Assembly: GCA_965153355.1 (NCBI GenBank)
Contig: OZ231126.1
Coordinates: 47,244,001 to 47,308,000 of the forward strand
From: Flaccisagitta enflata
Lineage: Eukaryota
Length of the DNA stretch: 64,000 nucleotides
Direction: 5' to 3'
Shown here: piece after piece, positions 63,685 through 64,000 of the stretch
Position numbering within the stretch: the stretch's first letter is position 1
Layout: each line of letters starts with the position of its first letter
The notes under the pieces: generated by a model
The model's input: the letters and a program-made list of their open reading frames with translations, nothing else
Told to the model about the DNA's origin: nothing
The model's database searches: none
Position numbers and translations under genes: made by a program

Positions 63685-63995
63685 AAGTCTGGTCTAAGTC
63701 TGGTCTAAGTCTGGTCTAAGTCTGGTCTAAGTCTGGTCTAAGTCTGGTCTAAGTCTGGTCTAAGTCTGGTCGAAGTCTGGTCGAAGTCTGGTCGAAGTCT
63801 GGTCGAAGTCTGGTCGAAGTCTGGTCGAAGTCTGGTCGAAGTCTGGTCGAAGTCTGGTCGAAGTCTGGTCGAAGTCTGGTCGAAGTCTGTCTGAAGTCTG
63901 GTGAAGTCTGGTCAAGTCTGGCCGAAGTCTGGTCAAGTCTGGCCAGTCTGGTCGAAGTCTGGTCGAAGTCTGGTCAAGTCTGGCCGAAGTCTGGC
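63685..63995 (+). repeat. 11-bp tandem array AAGTCTGGTC(T/G)
   Basis: A block of AAGTCTGGTCT followed by a block of AAGTCTGGTCG, then degenerate units; lies in the TMEM115 intron. Confidence 0.9.
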
Positions 63996-64000
63996 CGGGG

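Overview
AT-rich, repeat-dense animal genomic DNA with spliceosomal introns; the species cannot be named from sequence alone. By hand translation and splice-phase checking I reconstruct six intron-containing genes, most of them only fragmentary in the ORF track. (1) The 5' part of Enhancer of polycomb (EPC, minus strand, running off the left edge). (2) A complete core-binding factor beta (CBFB/Brother, plus). (3) An 18-exon EGF-EGF-ZP-transmembrane protein with a ~220-aa cytoplasmic tail (plus). (4) A complete SLC7 L-type amino-acid transporter light chain (minus). (5) A complete EFCAB10-like gene nested on the same strand inside intron 3 of the SLC7 gene, with an RFX X-box just upstream. (6) The last exon of TMEM115 (minus). 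Introns and intergenic DNA are largely stacked non-autonomous DNA transposons: several Helentron-associated (HINE/DINE-1-like) families whose interiors have grown minisatellites, TA-flanked MITEs carrying X-box motifs, hAT elements (8-bp TSD), Chapaev-like palindromes (4-bp TSD), large foldbacks and a candidate mini-Helitron. No transposase ORF, tRNA, rRNA or CRISPR array is evident. Family assignments come from recalled motifs, not database searches.
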